A stretch of 64,000 nucleotides of DNA from an uncultured Desulfurococcales archaeon (GTDB taxonomy: Archaea > Thermoproteota > Thermoprotei_A > Sulfolobales > WANQ01). Location: contig CAYXRT010000009.1 in NCBI GenBank assembly GCA_964467535.1, forward strand, positions 63 to 64,062, written 5' to 3'. Below, piece after piece: positions 8,067-16,523 of this stretch (its first letter is position 1; every line of letters starts with the position of its first letter). Under the pieces are notes generated by a model, which worked only from the letters and a program-made list of their open reading frames with translations, was not told where the DNA came from and did not search any database. The position numbers and the translations under genes were made by a program.

Positions 8067-8467
8067 CCTCTAAAATTCATTACTAGTATTATATCTATCC
8101 AGTCAGATAGTTCAAAATATTAATTCACTCAGATTAGCCATGTCAGATGTATCAATAAGAGATGACTATTCTTGTCTTGTGAATGGTATGTCTTTCTCTT
8201 ACCCTCTCGAAGTACCTGAAATAAATACTTCATCCAATACTACATCACTACCCAATATAAATACTTCAATAATATTAGCAAAGGTTTTAGAGGTGGTCGC
8301 GCAGAAGCTCTTTAACCCTTTTCTTACGTTCGGTAAATTCATAATTTTTAGTAGTCTAATTTCAATAACGACGTTATAGGTATGATTACGAATAGTTAGT
8401 TGAACACTCATATTCCATTGGTCTTGAAGTCTTGAGATTTACGGTCTACCTACATTATTATACCTTA

Positions 8468-8516
8468 TCAGTACCAGAAACCGTCATCATAGAGCAGTTT
8501 ATCTAGCCTTCATCAT
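8468..8516 (-). ncRNA. C/D box sRNA (2'-O-methylation guide)
   Basis: The minus strand reads ATGATGA-aggctagataaa-CTGC-tct-ATGATGA-cggtttctggta-CTGA. That is C box, 12-nt guide, degenerate D', 3-nt loop, perfect C', 12-nt guide, D box, which is canonical archaeal spacing. It is intergenic. Confidence 0.65.
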
Positions 8517-8588
8517 CTACTGAATAATATCTTCTTGGTAAACTTATAAGTATTCCTATTATATTCCTGACTACAAGGAGTATAACCT

Positions 8589-10151
8589 ATGGTTGTAGAG
8601 TATGGTGTAATTAGGAAGAAGCTAAAGCCCGGAATGCTTAGAATTGCTATAGCTTATCCTAGTCTATATAGAGTTGCTGTTGCAAGTTTAAGCTTTCACA
8701 TTCTTTATTATCTTCTTAACTCCTATGAACACGTTTATGCTGAAAGATTCGTTCTTCAAAAGCTTAGAGGCGAAGAACCTCTACCACGAAGCATTGAAAC
8801 AGGTACACCTCTAAGTAAATTCCATGTAATATTATTTACAGTTCACTACGAGAATGACTATGTTAACATAGTAAGAATGCTTATGGCATCTAAAATAAAC
8901 CCATTCAGAGAAAAACGCGACCATAACGATCCATTAATTGTTATCGGAGGCCCTACAGTAACTGCAAACCCCGAGCCTCTTGCCGATATAGCTGATGTAC
9001 TAGCTATTGGTGAATCTGAGAAAATCATACCCAGACTTTTAGACGCATTACAGCTTGAATCTAAGAATCAAATATTAGACTTCCTAGGCAATCCCGGATT
9101 CTACATACCTAGTCGTGGTAAGGAAGAAGTTCACAAAGTATTCGTTAAGAACCTTGATGAAGCTTATCATCCCATTATTCAGTTTAAGAGCCCTGAAGTA
9201 GATCATGCATTTGGTCATGCGTATATGATCGAAGTAGATCGCGGATGCTATTGGAGTTGTGCTTTCTGTATGGGTTCTCACATATATAGGCCATATAGAA
9301 TTAGATCCACAGAAAGAATAATCAAATATATGATGAAAGGAATTGAATTGAATAAATCACATAAGGTTGTTTTCATAGCTACTTCATTCTTTAATCATCC
9401 TGGATCGAAAAAGTTGTTGGAAAAAGCAATAGAGTTAAATATTGAAGCTAGTGCTCCTAGCATTAGAATTGAAACATTAAATAGAGAGAATTTAGAATTA
9501 TTAGCATCTATAGGGCAAAAGACTCTTACCATCGCACCTGAAGTGGCTTCATTCAGATTAGGAGTGATCATAGGAAAACCTTACAATAAAGAGAAAATTA
9601 TAGAGGTGGTTAAGCTAGCTTCTAAGGTCGGGTTCAAGAATGTTAAAATGTACTTTATGATAGGCTTTCCAGGTGAAAGAATTGAAGAAGTTAAAGCTAT
9701 TGCCGATTTAATAATGAACGTATATAGAGAGGTAGGGAAGAAAATTCTTATTGAGGTTTCCATTAACCCTTTAGTTCCTAAACCTCAAACACCATTACAA
9801 TGGGCTCCTTTTGAAGACGTAGATAGGCTTAGAGAGAAAATTGTGATTATTAAAAGAAACTTACATCATAGGATTAAATTCAGTTTTCTTGATCCCAGAG
9901 AAGCGTTTGTCCAGGCAACAATAGGTCTAGGTAATAGACGAATTAGTAAGGCATTAGCACTTTGGTCAATCTATGGTGCTGGGCTTGGAGCATGGAATAA
10001 AGCTATAAAAGAAAGTAATATTGATTTAAGTTACATTAAGAAGGGTAGAAATATAGATCAGGAACTACCTTGGAGTCATATAAGGTCTGGACCACCATTA
10101 GAGTTTTTGAGGAAGCGCTGGGGAACTATACTATCCATGTTAACTAAGTAG
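8589..10151 (+). CDS. Radical SAM protein with N-terminal B12-binding-like domain
   Basis: 520 aa. CxxxCxxC motif as VDRGCYWSCAFCMG. AAGGAG Shine-Dalgarno-like motif 8 nt upstream of the ATG. Confidence 0.85.
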   Translation: MVVEYGVIRKKLKPGMLRIAIAYPSLYRVAVASLSFHILYYLLNSYEHVYAERFVLQKLRGEEPLPRSIETGTPLSKFHVILFTVHYENDYVNIVRMLMASKINPFREKRDHNDPLIVIGGPTVTANPEPLADIADVLAIGESEKIIPRLLDALQLESKNQILDFLGNPGFYIPSRGKEEVHKVFVKNLDEAYHPIIQFKSPEVDHAFGHAYMIEVDRGCYWSCAFCMGSHIYRPYRIRSTERIIKYMMKGIELNKSHKVVFIATSFFNHPGSKKLLEKAIELNIEASAPSIRIETLNRENLELLASIGQKTLTIAPEVASFRLGVIIGKPYNKEKIIEVVKLASKVGFKNVKMYFMIGFPGERIEEVKAIADLIMNVYREVGKKILIEVSINPLVPKPQTPLQWAPFEDVDRLREKIVIIKRNLHHRIKFSFLDPREAFVQATIGLGNRRISKALALWSIYGAGLGAWNKAIKESNIDLSYIKKGRNIDQELPWSHIRSGPPLEFLRKRWGTILSMLTK

Positions 10152-10173
10152 GATTAAATGAAAGGTGTATTCA

Positions 10174-10908
10174 ATGAGCCTCCTAGCAATTAAGAACCTC
10201 ACAGTAAGAGTAAGGGAGAAAACCGTAGTTAGTGATATTAACTTCAACATCAAAAATACTGGTGAAGTCCATGTATTAATGGGTCCTAATGCTGCTGGAA
10301 AAACATCACTTTTAGCAACTATTATGGGACTTCCTGGTTATAACATAGTTAAGGGTAGCATATATTTTGATAGTAAAAACATAACTAAGTTACCTCCTTA
10401 TGAAAGAGCTAAACTAGGAATTGCATTAGCGTTCCAGTTTCCTCCACTAATTAAAGGTGTTAGATTAAAGGATTTGGTTAAGGCAATGTTGGTTAAATAC
10501 CATTGTAGTCATGCATCACTTTTAGCTAAAATTCTAGATGTGGATCAATTAATGAATAGATATCTCTTTGTTGGATTTAGTGGTGGTGAAAGAAGAAGAA
10601 CAGAATTATACATAACTTTGATTCAGAGACCAAGGCTATTAATGCTTGACGAACCTGATAGTGGTGTTGATATAGATAGTATTTCAAAGATAGCTAATGC
10701 TATTGAATTATACGTCGAGAATGTTCCTGCCTCAATACTCTTAGTAACACATTCAGGACAAATACTTTCAAAGCTTAAGCACATAGATTATGTTCATATA
10801 ATGAATAATGGTCGCATAGTTTATTCAGGTTATCCTGATGAGATTTTACCATTAATATTTAAGTTGGGATATAGAAAAACATTAGAGAAATTGGGTATAA
10901 AGCCATAA
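10174..10908 (+). CDS. sufC: Fe-S cluster assembly ATPase SufC
   Basis: Walker A GPNAAGKTSLL, signature FSGGERRR, Walker B LLMLDEPDSGVD; followed directly by a SufB/D gene. ATG 10174 preferred over the track's GTG 10165 because AGGTG lies just upstream. Confidence 0.85.
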   Translation: MSLLAIKNLTVRVREKTVVSDINFNIKNTGEVHVLMGPNAAGKTSLLATIMGLPGYNIVKGSIYFDSKNITKLPPYERAKLGIALAFQFPPLIKGVRLKDLVKAMLVKYHCSHASLLAKILDVDQLMNRYLFVGFSGGERRRTELYITLIQRPRLLMLDEPDSGVDIDSISKIANAIELYVENVPASILLVTHSGQILSKLKHIDYVHIMNNGRIVYSGYPDEILPLIFKLGYRKTLEKLGIKP

Positions 10909-10924
10909 AGGTAGGAAAAATACT

Positions 10925-12103
10925 ATGATTAAAAAACAGGAGCATGTAAGCATTGACAAGTTCATAGTTGATAGAGTAGAATCTGTTGATGAAAGTATTT
11001 TGGAGTCGACAGATGCCATAAGTGCAGCTAAAAGAATTGGATTAAGTAAGCATGAATTTAAGAAAGCAGCCTATGTACAAATAGATTACTCACAAGTATT
11101 AACAGCCGTAAGGAAGATGCTTGAAAAGTACGGGGTGATAGTTCTAAATACTCGTGAAGCTTTGAGAAAATATTCTTGGGTTAAGGAGTATTATTGGAGA
11201 GTTCTAAGCCCTGCTCAGGATGAATATATGGCTGCAACCGAAAAATATAGTGCTGATGGTTATTTTATTTATGTTCCGCCAAAGACTAAGGTTCCATTTC
11301 CAATACTTACATGTCTACTTATAACTAAAGATAAGCTAGGACAACTACTACACAATATTATAATTGTTGATGAGGATAGCGAGCTCCATCTCCTAACAGG
11401 TTGTTCTGTATCACATATAGTTAATGAAGCAATACATATAGGTGTATCGGAATTCTATGTAGCAAAAAATGCTAAATTAACTTTTACTATGGTTCACGCA
11501 TGGTCTTCAGGGATCGATGTAAGGCCTAGAACAGGGGTTATTGTAGATGAAGGTGGAAGATTCACTAGTTACTATATAATCTATAGCCCTGTTAAGTCTG
11601 TACAGGCTTATCCTATTGTTTACTTAAAGAGAGGGTCTAGATCATATAATGTAGCAATAATTGTTGGTTCAGGTAAATCGAGGTATGATATCGGTTCCAA
11701 AATAGTATTAATGGATAAGGAGTCTTGCGGTGAAATTATTTCGAGAAATCTCGCAAAAGAAGAGTCAAGAATTATTGCTAGAGCAAATCTAACGGCTAAA
11801 GCACCTAACACTAAAGGACATGTCGAATGTCTTGGGTTATTACTTTCAGATAAGGCTAATATAAAGGCGGTACCTGAGCTAGAGTCATATGTTCATGATA
11901 CAGAGCTAACGCATGAAGCATCTATAGGTAGAATAGCTGAAGAAGAATTGATATACTTAATGTCAAAGGGATTTACGGAGGAAGAAGCTAAATCAATGAT
12001 AATTAGAGGCTTTCTTTCAGTTGACGCACCCGATTTACCAATACAAATTCGTAAAGAGATTAATAAGGTCTTAAATCTTATTACAAAGGAAGCTAAAGGT
12101 TAA
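10925..12103 (+). CDS. Fe-S cluster assembly scaffold protein, SufB/SufD family
   Basis: 392 aa. The C-terminal string HEASIGRIAEEELIYLMSKGFTEEEAKSMIIRGF is typical of SufB/SufD, and the gene is adjacent to sufC. Confidence 0.8.
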   Translation: MIKKQEHVSIDKFIVDRVESVDESILESTDAISAAKRIGLSKHEFKKAAYVQIDYSQVLTAVRKMLEKYGVIVLNTREALRKYSWVKEYYWRVLSPAQDEYMAATEKYSADGYFIYVPPKTKVPFPILTCLLITKDKLGQLLHNIIIVDEDSELHLLTGCSVSHIVNEAIHIGVSEFYVAKNAKLTFTMVHAWSSGIDVRPRTGVIVDEGGRFTSYYIIYSPVKSVQAYPIVYLKRGSRSYNVAIIVGSGKSRYDIGSKIVLMDKESCGEIISRNLAKEESRIIARANLTAKAPNTKGHVECLGLLLSDKANIKAVPELESYVHDTELTHEASIGRIAEEELIYLMSKGFTEEEAKSMIIRGFLSVDAPDLPIQIRKEINKVLNLITKEAKG

Positions 12104-12116
12104 GGGTAGTATTCTC

Positions 12117-12656
12117 TTGGTTGAAGTAGAATTAAAGTACAAGATTAAACCTATAGAGATGCAAAGGTTAGTGAAAAAGCTTATTCAACTAGGTTGTAAG
12201 GTTGAGAGGAAATCTAGAGAAGTTGATGTATACTATCAGCATCCTGTTAGAGATTTTCGTGAAACTGATGAAGCTCTTAGGTTAAGAGTTACTGGAAATA
12301 AAGTTGAATTAACATATAAGGGTCCAAGGATGAGTAATAGAGCTAAAGTCAGAGAAGAGGTAAGTGTAGGTGTTGAATCATTTAGTAAAATGGATAAAGT
12401 GCTAAGACTTTTAGGTTTTAATCCTGTGGCTAAGGTCATTAAAGAAAGGGTCTATTATGAATGCCCTAATAATATTTGTATATCATTGGATGATGTACAA
12501 GAACTTGGACAATTTATTGAATTAGAGTATAAAGGTGAATTAGATGTAGATAACGCGATTGAAATACTACTCTCATTTGCTAAAGAATTAGGCATTAAAG
12601 ATAAACCTATAATAAAATCATATTTAGAATTACTATTAGAATTACAAGGATCTTAG
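12117..12656 (+). CDS. CYTH-domain protein (class IV adenylate cyclase / triphosphate tunnel metalloenzyme)
   Basis: N-terminal ExExK motif (VEVELKYK); 179 aa is typical of CyaB/ThTPase-like proteins. Confidence 0.8.
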   Translation: MVEVELKYKIKPIEMQRLVKKLIQLGCKVERKSREVDVYYQHPVRDFRETDEALRLRVTGNKVELTYKGPRMSNRAKVREEVSVGVESFSKMDKVLRLLGFNPVAKVIKERVYYECPNNICISLDDVQELGQFIELEYKGELDVDNAIEILLSFAKELGIKDKPIIKSYLELLLELQGS

Positions 12657-12896
12657 AAATTATAGGGAAAAATATTTAATATTCGGTAGGATTAGAATCT
12701 AAAGCCTTTGATATTAGGCAAGTATTTCCTGTAGACTGATGTACTTGATATGTTATATGTGAAAGTCGAGTAATGGATATTAATATTATATGTGGATATG
12801 GGTTATAGGAGGCCGTATTATGTTTATGGATGGAATATCTACTAAGGGTCTTGAGAATCTTTGAATCTATTGGCGTATTAAAGGTATTAGAATTAG

Positions 12897-13292
12897 CTAC
12901 ATAGCTTCTATAATTACTGGAACTCCTTTCTTGAAGTATTTCTTATAGGCAAATCTTAATCTTCCACGTCTCCTCCTCGCCCTTTCCCAATCAACCATAT
13001 GTTCCATTCCCGGTAAGGCAAAGTTTCCGTCGGGCAATTCAACTAATTTACCTTGATCGATTAGGTTTCCTAGGGCTTTTCTTAGCCTGTCTTCACCTGC
13101 AAGACCGCTAAATACTTCCCTTAGTTCTCGCCATGAAACAGGTCTTCCTCTTTCTCTTATTACCTTTAGTATTAGCTCCTCGAGCTCTTTATCCTTAGGA
13201 GCTTTCATTACTATTACTTCACTGTCTTCATATACTACCTCAAGATTTAGGTCTATGTCCTCACTCCTACGCCTATTTGATCTTATACTCAT
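12897..13292 (-). CDS. Hypothetical winged-helix-like protein
   Basis: 131 aa. RPVSWRELREVF...LRKALGNLIDQGKLVELPDGNFAL resembles a wHTH, followed by a basic C-terminal tail. Confidence 0.5.
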   Translation of the reverse strand: MSIRSNRRRSEDIDLNLEVVYEDSEVIVMKAPKDKELEELILKVIRERGRPVSWRELREVFSGLAGEDRLRKALGNLIDQGKLVELPDGNFALPGMEHMVDWERARRRRGRLRFAYKKYFKKGVPVIIEAM

Positions 13293-13499
13293 ATTCTCAC
13301 CTCACCCTTCTAAACTAGTAAGTTTAGCATGGAGGTTTATAAATATTTACAAAAATTTTTAGATTAATCTAATACTTTAACTTTTTATAGTCTTCTTTAA
13401 CATTCACTTATATGTTTTATAATATACAATTGTTTATATAATTTTATTAACCCTATTTTAACCCTCACTTCCTTTATACTAAATAGGTGTTATTTAATC

Positions 13500-15407
13500 A
13501 TGAAATCTAAGCTTCTTTTGCCTGAGGGTTCAAGAGTACTATTGTTGGGAAATGAAGCTATCGCTCGCGGTGCTATTGAAGCAGGTATTGGTGTAGCATC
13601 TGCTTATCCTGGAACACCTTCAACTGAAGTTCTTGAGGCACTAGCTGAAGTTGCTAAGGATATAGGGATATATGTTGAATGGAGTGTTAATGAAAAAGTA
13701 GCATATGAAGTAGCTTATGGTGCTGCAATGTGCGGTGTAAGAGCTCTTGTTGCAATGAAGCATGTAGGTCTAAACGTCGCAGCCGATCCATTAATGAGTA
13801 GTGGTTATACAGGAGTTAATGGAGGATTTGTAATAGTAAGTGCTGAAGATCCATCAATGTGGAGTAGTCAAAATGAACAAGATAACCGGTACTATGGTCT
13901 TCATGCATTTATCCCAGTATTTGAAGCATATAATCCGGGTGAAGCAAAGGATATTATTCGTGAGTTATTTGATTTCAGTGAAAAAGTTAAACAACCAGTC
14001 ATATTTAGGTCAACGACAAGATTAGCTCACTGTAGAGGCCCTGTAATTTATGGCCCAATGCGTAGCCCTAGTACTAAAGGTATGTTTGAAAAAGACCCAA
14101 AAAGATGGACATTAATACCAGCTCATGTCCGACTAAGAAGAATAGAGCTCTTAAAGAGATGGGAAAAGATAAAACATGAAGTTAATAACTGGCCCTACAA
14201 TAAGTTCATAGATAATGATAGCAGATATACTATAGTAGCAGTAGGTATGAGCTACGGCTTCGTTATCGACGCCCTAAGCCAATTGAACTTAAATGGAAAA
14301 GTTAATATACTAAAGTTATCGTCCTCTGTTCCCATACCAGTAGAACTTACCAGAAAAGCACTTGAAAAATCAGATAAAGTACTTGTAATTGAAGAACTTG
14401 AACCCATAGTGGAAATGCAAGTCAAAAGCCTTGTACACGATCTTGGATTAAGCATTAAAGTTCATGGCAAGGATTTAGTACCTCAACATTATGAACTTAC
14501 TTTAAGGAGAGTTATAGAAGCTATAGTTAAGTTCATGGAATTAAAGAGAACAATAGGTAGTACAAAAGAAGTAAAAGTTAAGATAAATATCCCTCCACGT
14601 CCACCAACGTTCTGTCCTGGATGTCCTCATAGAGCATCATTCTACGAGCTTAAGAGAGCTGTTAAAACTATTAAAGCAAATGTTGTTTATTCAGGTGATA
14701 TAGGCTGTTATTCATTAGCTATCTTACCTCCTTACAATATGCAGGACATACTTATTGAAATGGGAGGCAGTATCGGTGTAGCGAATGGTATATCGCATGT
14801 AAGTAATCAGGTAGTAATAGCTACTATAGGGGACTCCACATTTTACCATACAGGTATACCGCCATTAATAAACGCCATATATAATAATGCTCCAATGTTA
14901 ATCGTGGTACTTGATAATAGAATAACGGCAATGACAGGCCATCAACCACATCCAGGAACAGGTATTAGAGCTACAGGCGAGACTGCACCAATAATTAGTG
15001 TAGAGGCTATAGCTAAGTCTATAGGTGTAGAGTATGTAAAAACCCTAGATCCCTATAATGTAAAGGAGTCCATAAATACACTAACTGATGCCTTAAGATA
15101 TGTTATAGAGAGGAAGAAACCCGCATTAGTTGTAATGAGAAGAACCTGCGCTCTAATAATATCGTCTATGGCTAGGAGAAGGGGTATTGAGAAGCCATTG
15201 TATAGAGTTGAAGTCAGTAAGTGTAAAGCTTGTAAGACATGTTATGAAGCTTTTGGATGCCCTGCAATATCTCCTAGGGATGATGGTAAAGCTCAAATAG
15301 ATCCAATATTATGTGCCGGATGTGGAGTTTGCGCACAAGTATGTCCATTTAATGCAATAGTCATAGAAAAAGAACCTACACCTGAATGGAATAGATTAGG
15401 GTTCTAG
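13500..15407 (+). CDS. iorA: Indolepyruvate:ferredoxin oxidoreductase alpha subunit
   Basis: 635 aa. N-terminal GNEAIARGAIEAGIGVASAYPGTPSTE, TPP-region GDIGCY/GDSTFYHTG, and two C-terminal ferredoxin motifs (CKACKTCYEAFGCP, CAGCGVCAQVCP). Followed by iorB. Confidence 0.9.
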   Translation: MKSKLLLPEGSRVLLLGNEAIARGAIEAGIGVASAYPGTPSTEVLEALAEVAKDIGIYVEWSVNEKVAYEVAYGAAMCGVRALVAMKHVGLNVAADPLMSSGYTGVNGGFVIVSAEDPSMWSSQNEQDNRYYGLHAFIPVFEAYNPGEAKDIIRELFDFSEKVKQPVIFRSTTRLAHCRGPVIYGPMRSPSTKGMFEKDPKRWTLIPAHVRLRRIELLKRWEKIKHEVNNWPYNKFIDNDSRYTIVAVGMSYGFVIDALSQLNLNGKVNILKLSSSVPIPVELTRKALEKSDKVLVIEELEPIVEMQVKSLVHDLGLSIKVHGKDLVPQHYELTLRRVIEAIVKFMELKRTIGSTKEVKVKINIPPRPPTFCPGCPHRASFYELKRAVKTIKANVVYSGDIGCYSLAILPPYNMQDILIEMGGSIGVANGISHVSNQVVIATIGDSTFYHTGIPPLINAIYNNAPMLIVVLDNRITAMTGHQPHPGTGIRATGETAPIISVEAIAKSIGVEYVKTLDPYNVKESINTLTDALRYVIERKKPALVVMRRTCALIISSMARRRGIEKPLYRVEVSKCKACKTCYEAFGCPAISPRDDGKAQIDPILCAGCGVCAQVCPFNAIVIEKEPTPEWNRLGF

Positions 15408-15418
15408 GAGGTGTAATT

Positions 15419-16027
15419 ATGCCATTGGATAAGACCATTAACATAATAGTTTCTGGGGTCGGAGGTCAAGGTCTTATAACATTAGGGAATGTACTTGGAA
15501 CAGCTGCAATATTAAAAGGTATTAAAGCTTTCATATCAGAAGTCCATGGACTAGCACAAAGAGGAGGTAGCGTTATTGTCCATATAAGGATAGGTAATCC
15601 AAATTCACCACTAGTTCCTGAAAACGGTGCTGACGTAATCTTAGCTCTTGAGGTTTTGGAAGCCCTTAGAGCAATAAACATATATGCGAATTTAAATACG
15701 TTGATAATAATCAATAAGAGACTTATTAGACCCGCGATTCCTGAATTAAAGTTACTTCCATTAGAAGAGTACATTAGTCATATAAAGAAACTAGGATTAA
15801 GAGTCATTGAAGTAAGCGCATTAGATCTAGCTTCAAAGGCTGGAAACATACTTTCAGAAAACATGGTTATGATAGGAGCTCTCATGGCATCTGGGGTACT
15901 AAATGGATTATTAGAGTTAGTAAACATTGAGAAAGCAATACGTGAAGTAATGCCAAAGAAGTGGATTGATGTAAATATTAGGGCCTTGAGGATGGGCTTC
16001 GAAGAGGTAGTTAAATTAAGACATTAG
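15419..16027 (+). CDS. iorB: Indolepyruvate:ferredoxin oxidoreductase beta subunit
   Basis: 202 aa, with the gamma-domain-like SGVGGQGLITLG motif. Lies 11 nt downstream of iorA. Confidence 0.85.
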   Translation: MPLDKTINIIVSGVGGQGLITLGNVLGTAAILKGIKAFISEVHGLAQRGGSVIVHIRIGNPNSPLVPENGADVILALEVLEALRAINIYANLNTLIIINKRLIRPAIPELKLLPLEEYISHIKKLGLRVIEVSALDLASKAGNILSENMVMIGALMASGVLNGLLELVNIEKAIREVMPKKWIDVNIRALRMGFEEVVKLRH

Positions 16028-16116
16028 TTTCTACTATAAAATACTATCAGCCCTAATGCTTATATTTTCAACAACAAGTGATATGTAAGAGTGGTAATAG
16101 GAGTTAGGGGTTATTC

Positions 16117-16314
16117 ATGAAAGAAACAATCATAGTAACATTTAAGGCACCACGCCAATTAATAGAAGAAGTAGATAAACTCGTTAATATGGGATTATAT
16201 AATAGTAGAAGTGAAGTATTTAGACATGCATTAGCATTATTCCTAAGTAGCTTTAAAGGTAAGCAATCACAATGGTACAGGAGATATGAAGGAGAAATTA
16301 AGAGAGATATATAG
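16117..16314 (+). CDS. Ribbon-helix-helix (CopG/Arc/MetJ-type) DNA-binding protein
   Basis: 65 aa. Beta-strand IIVTFKAP followed by two helices (QLIEEVDKLV...NSRSEVFRHALALFL), the classical RHH layout. Confidence 0.6.
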   Translation: MKETIIVTFKAPRQLIEEVDKLVNMGLYNSRSEVFRHALALFLSSFKGKQSQWYRRYEGEIKRDI

Positions 16315-16522
16315 GACATTATCAAGAGAGGAGAAGGTGGTATTTGATTATTTCAGGAAGAATGTTTCTGTTGGAGAAATAATAGCTATAAGAGAGCTAT
16401 CAGCGATATATAAAATCAAAAACCCAGAACAGGTAATAAACTCACTAATAGCTAAAGGGTTATTAGAAAGAGGTGATGGATGTTATAATCTAGCTAAAGA
16501 GCTTAGAATTCGTGGAAAATAA
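16286..16522 (+). CDS. Small winged-helix protein
   Basis: 78 aa. VSVGEIIAIRELSAIYKIKNPEQVINSLIAKGLLERGDGCYNL resembles a wHTH. Overlaps the RHH gene by 29 nt in another frame. Confidence 0.5.
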   Translation: MKEKLREIYRTLSREEKVVFDYFRKNVSVGEIIAIRELSAIYKIKNPEQVINSLIAKGLLERGDGCYNLAKELRIRGK

Positions 16523-16523
16523 T

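Noticed and set aside
8140-8411. Two mutually overlapping ORFs (8140-8379 on +, 8199-8411 on -) in the gap before the radical SAM gene.
   Set aside because: Neither has a recognisable motif, Shine-Dalgarno-like sequence or convincing composition, and they exclude each other. This may be degraded coding sequence, so it is left unannotated.
16117-16522. Reading the RHH + small ORF pair as a type II toxin-antitoxin system.
   Set aside because: The second ORF looks like a wHTH DNA-binding protein, with no PIN, RelE, MazF or HEPN features.
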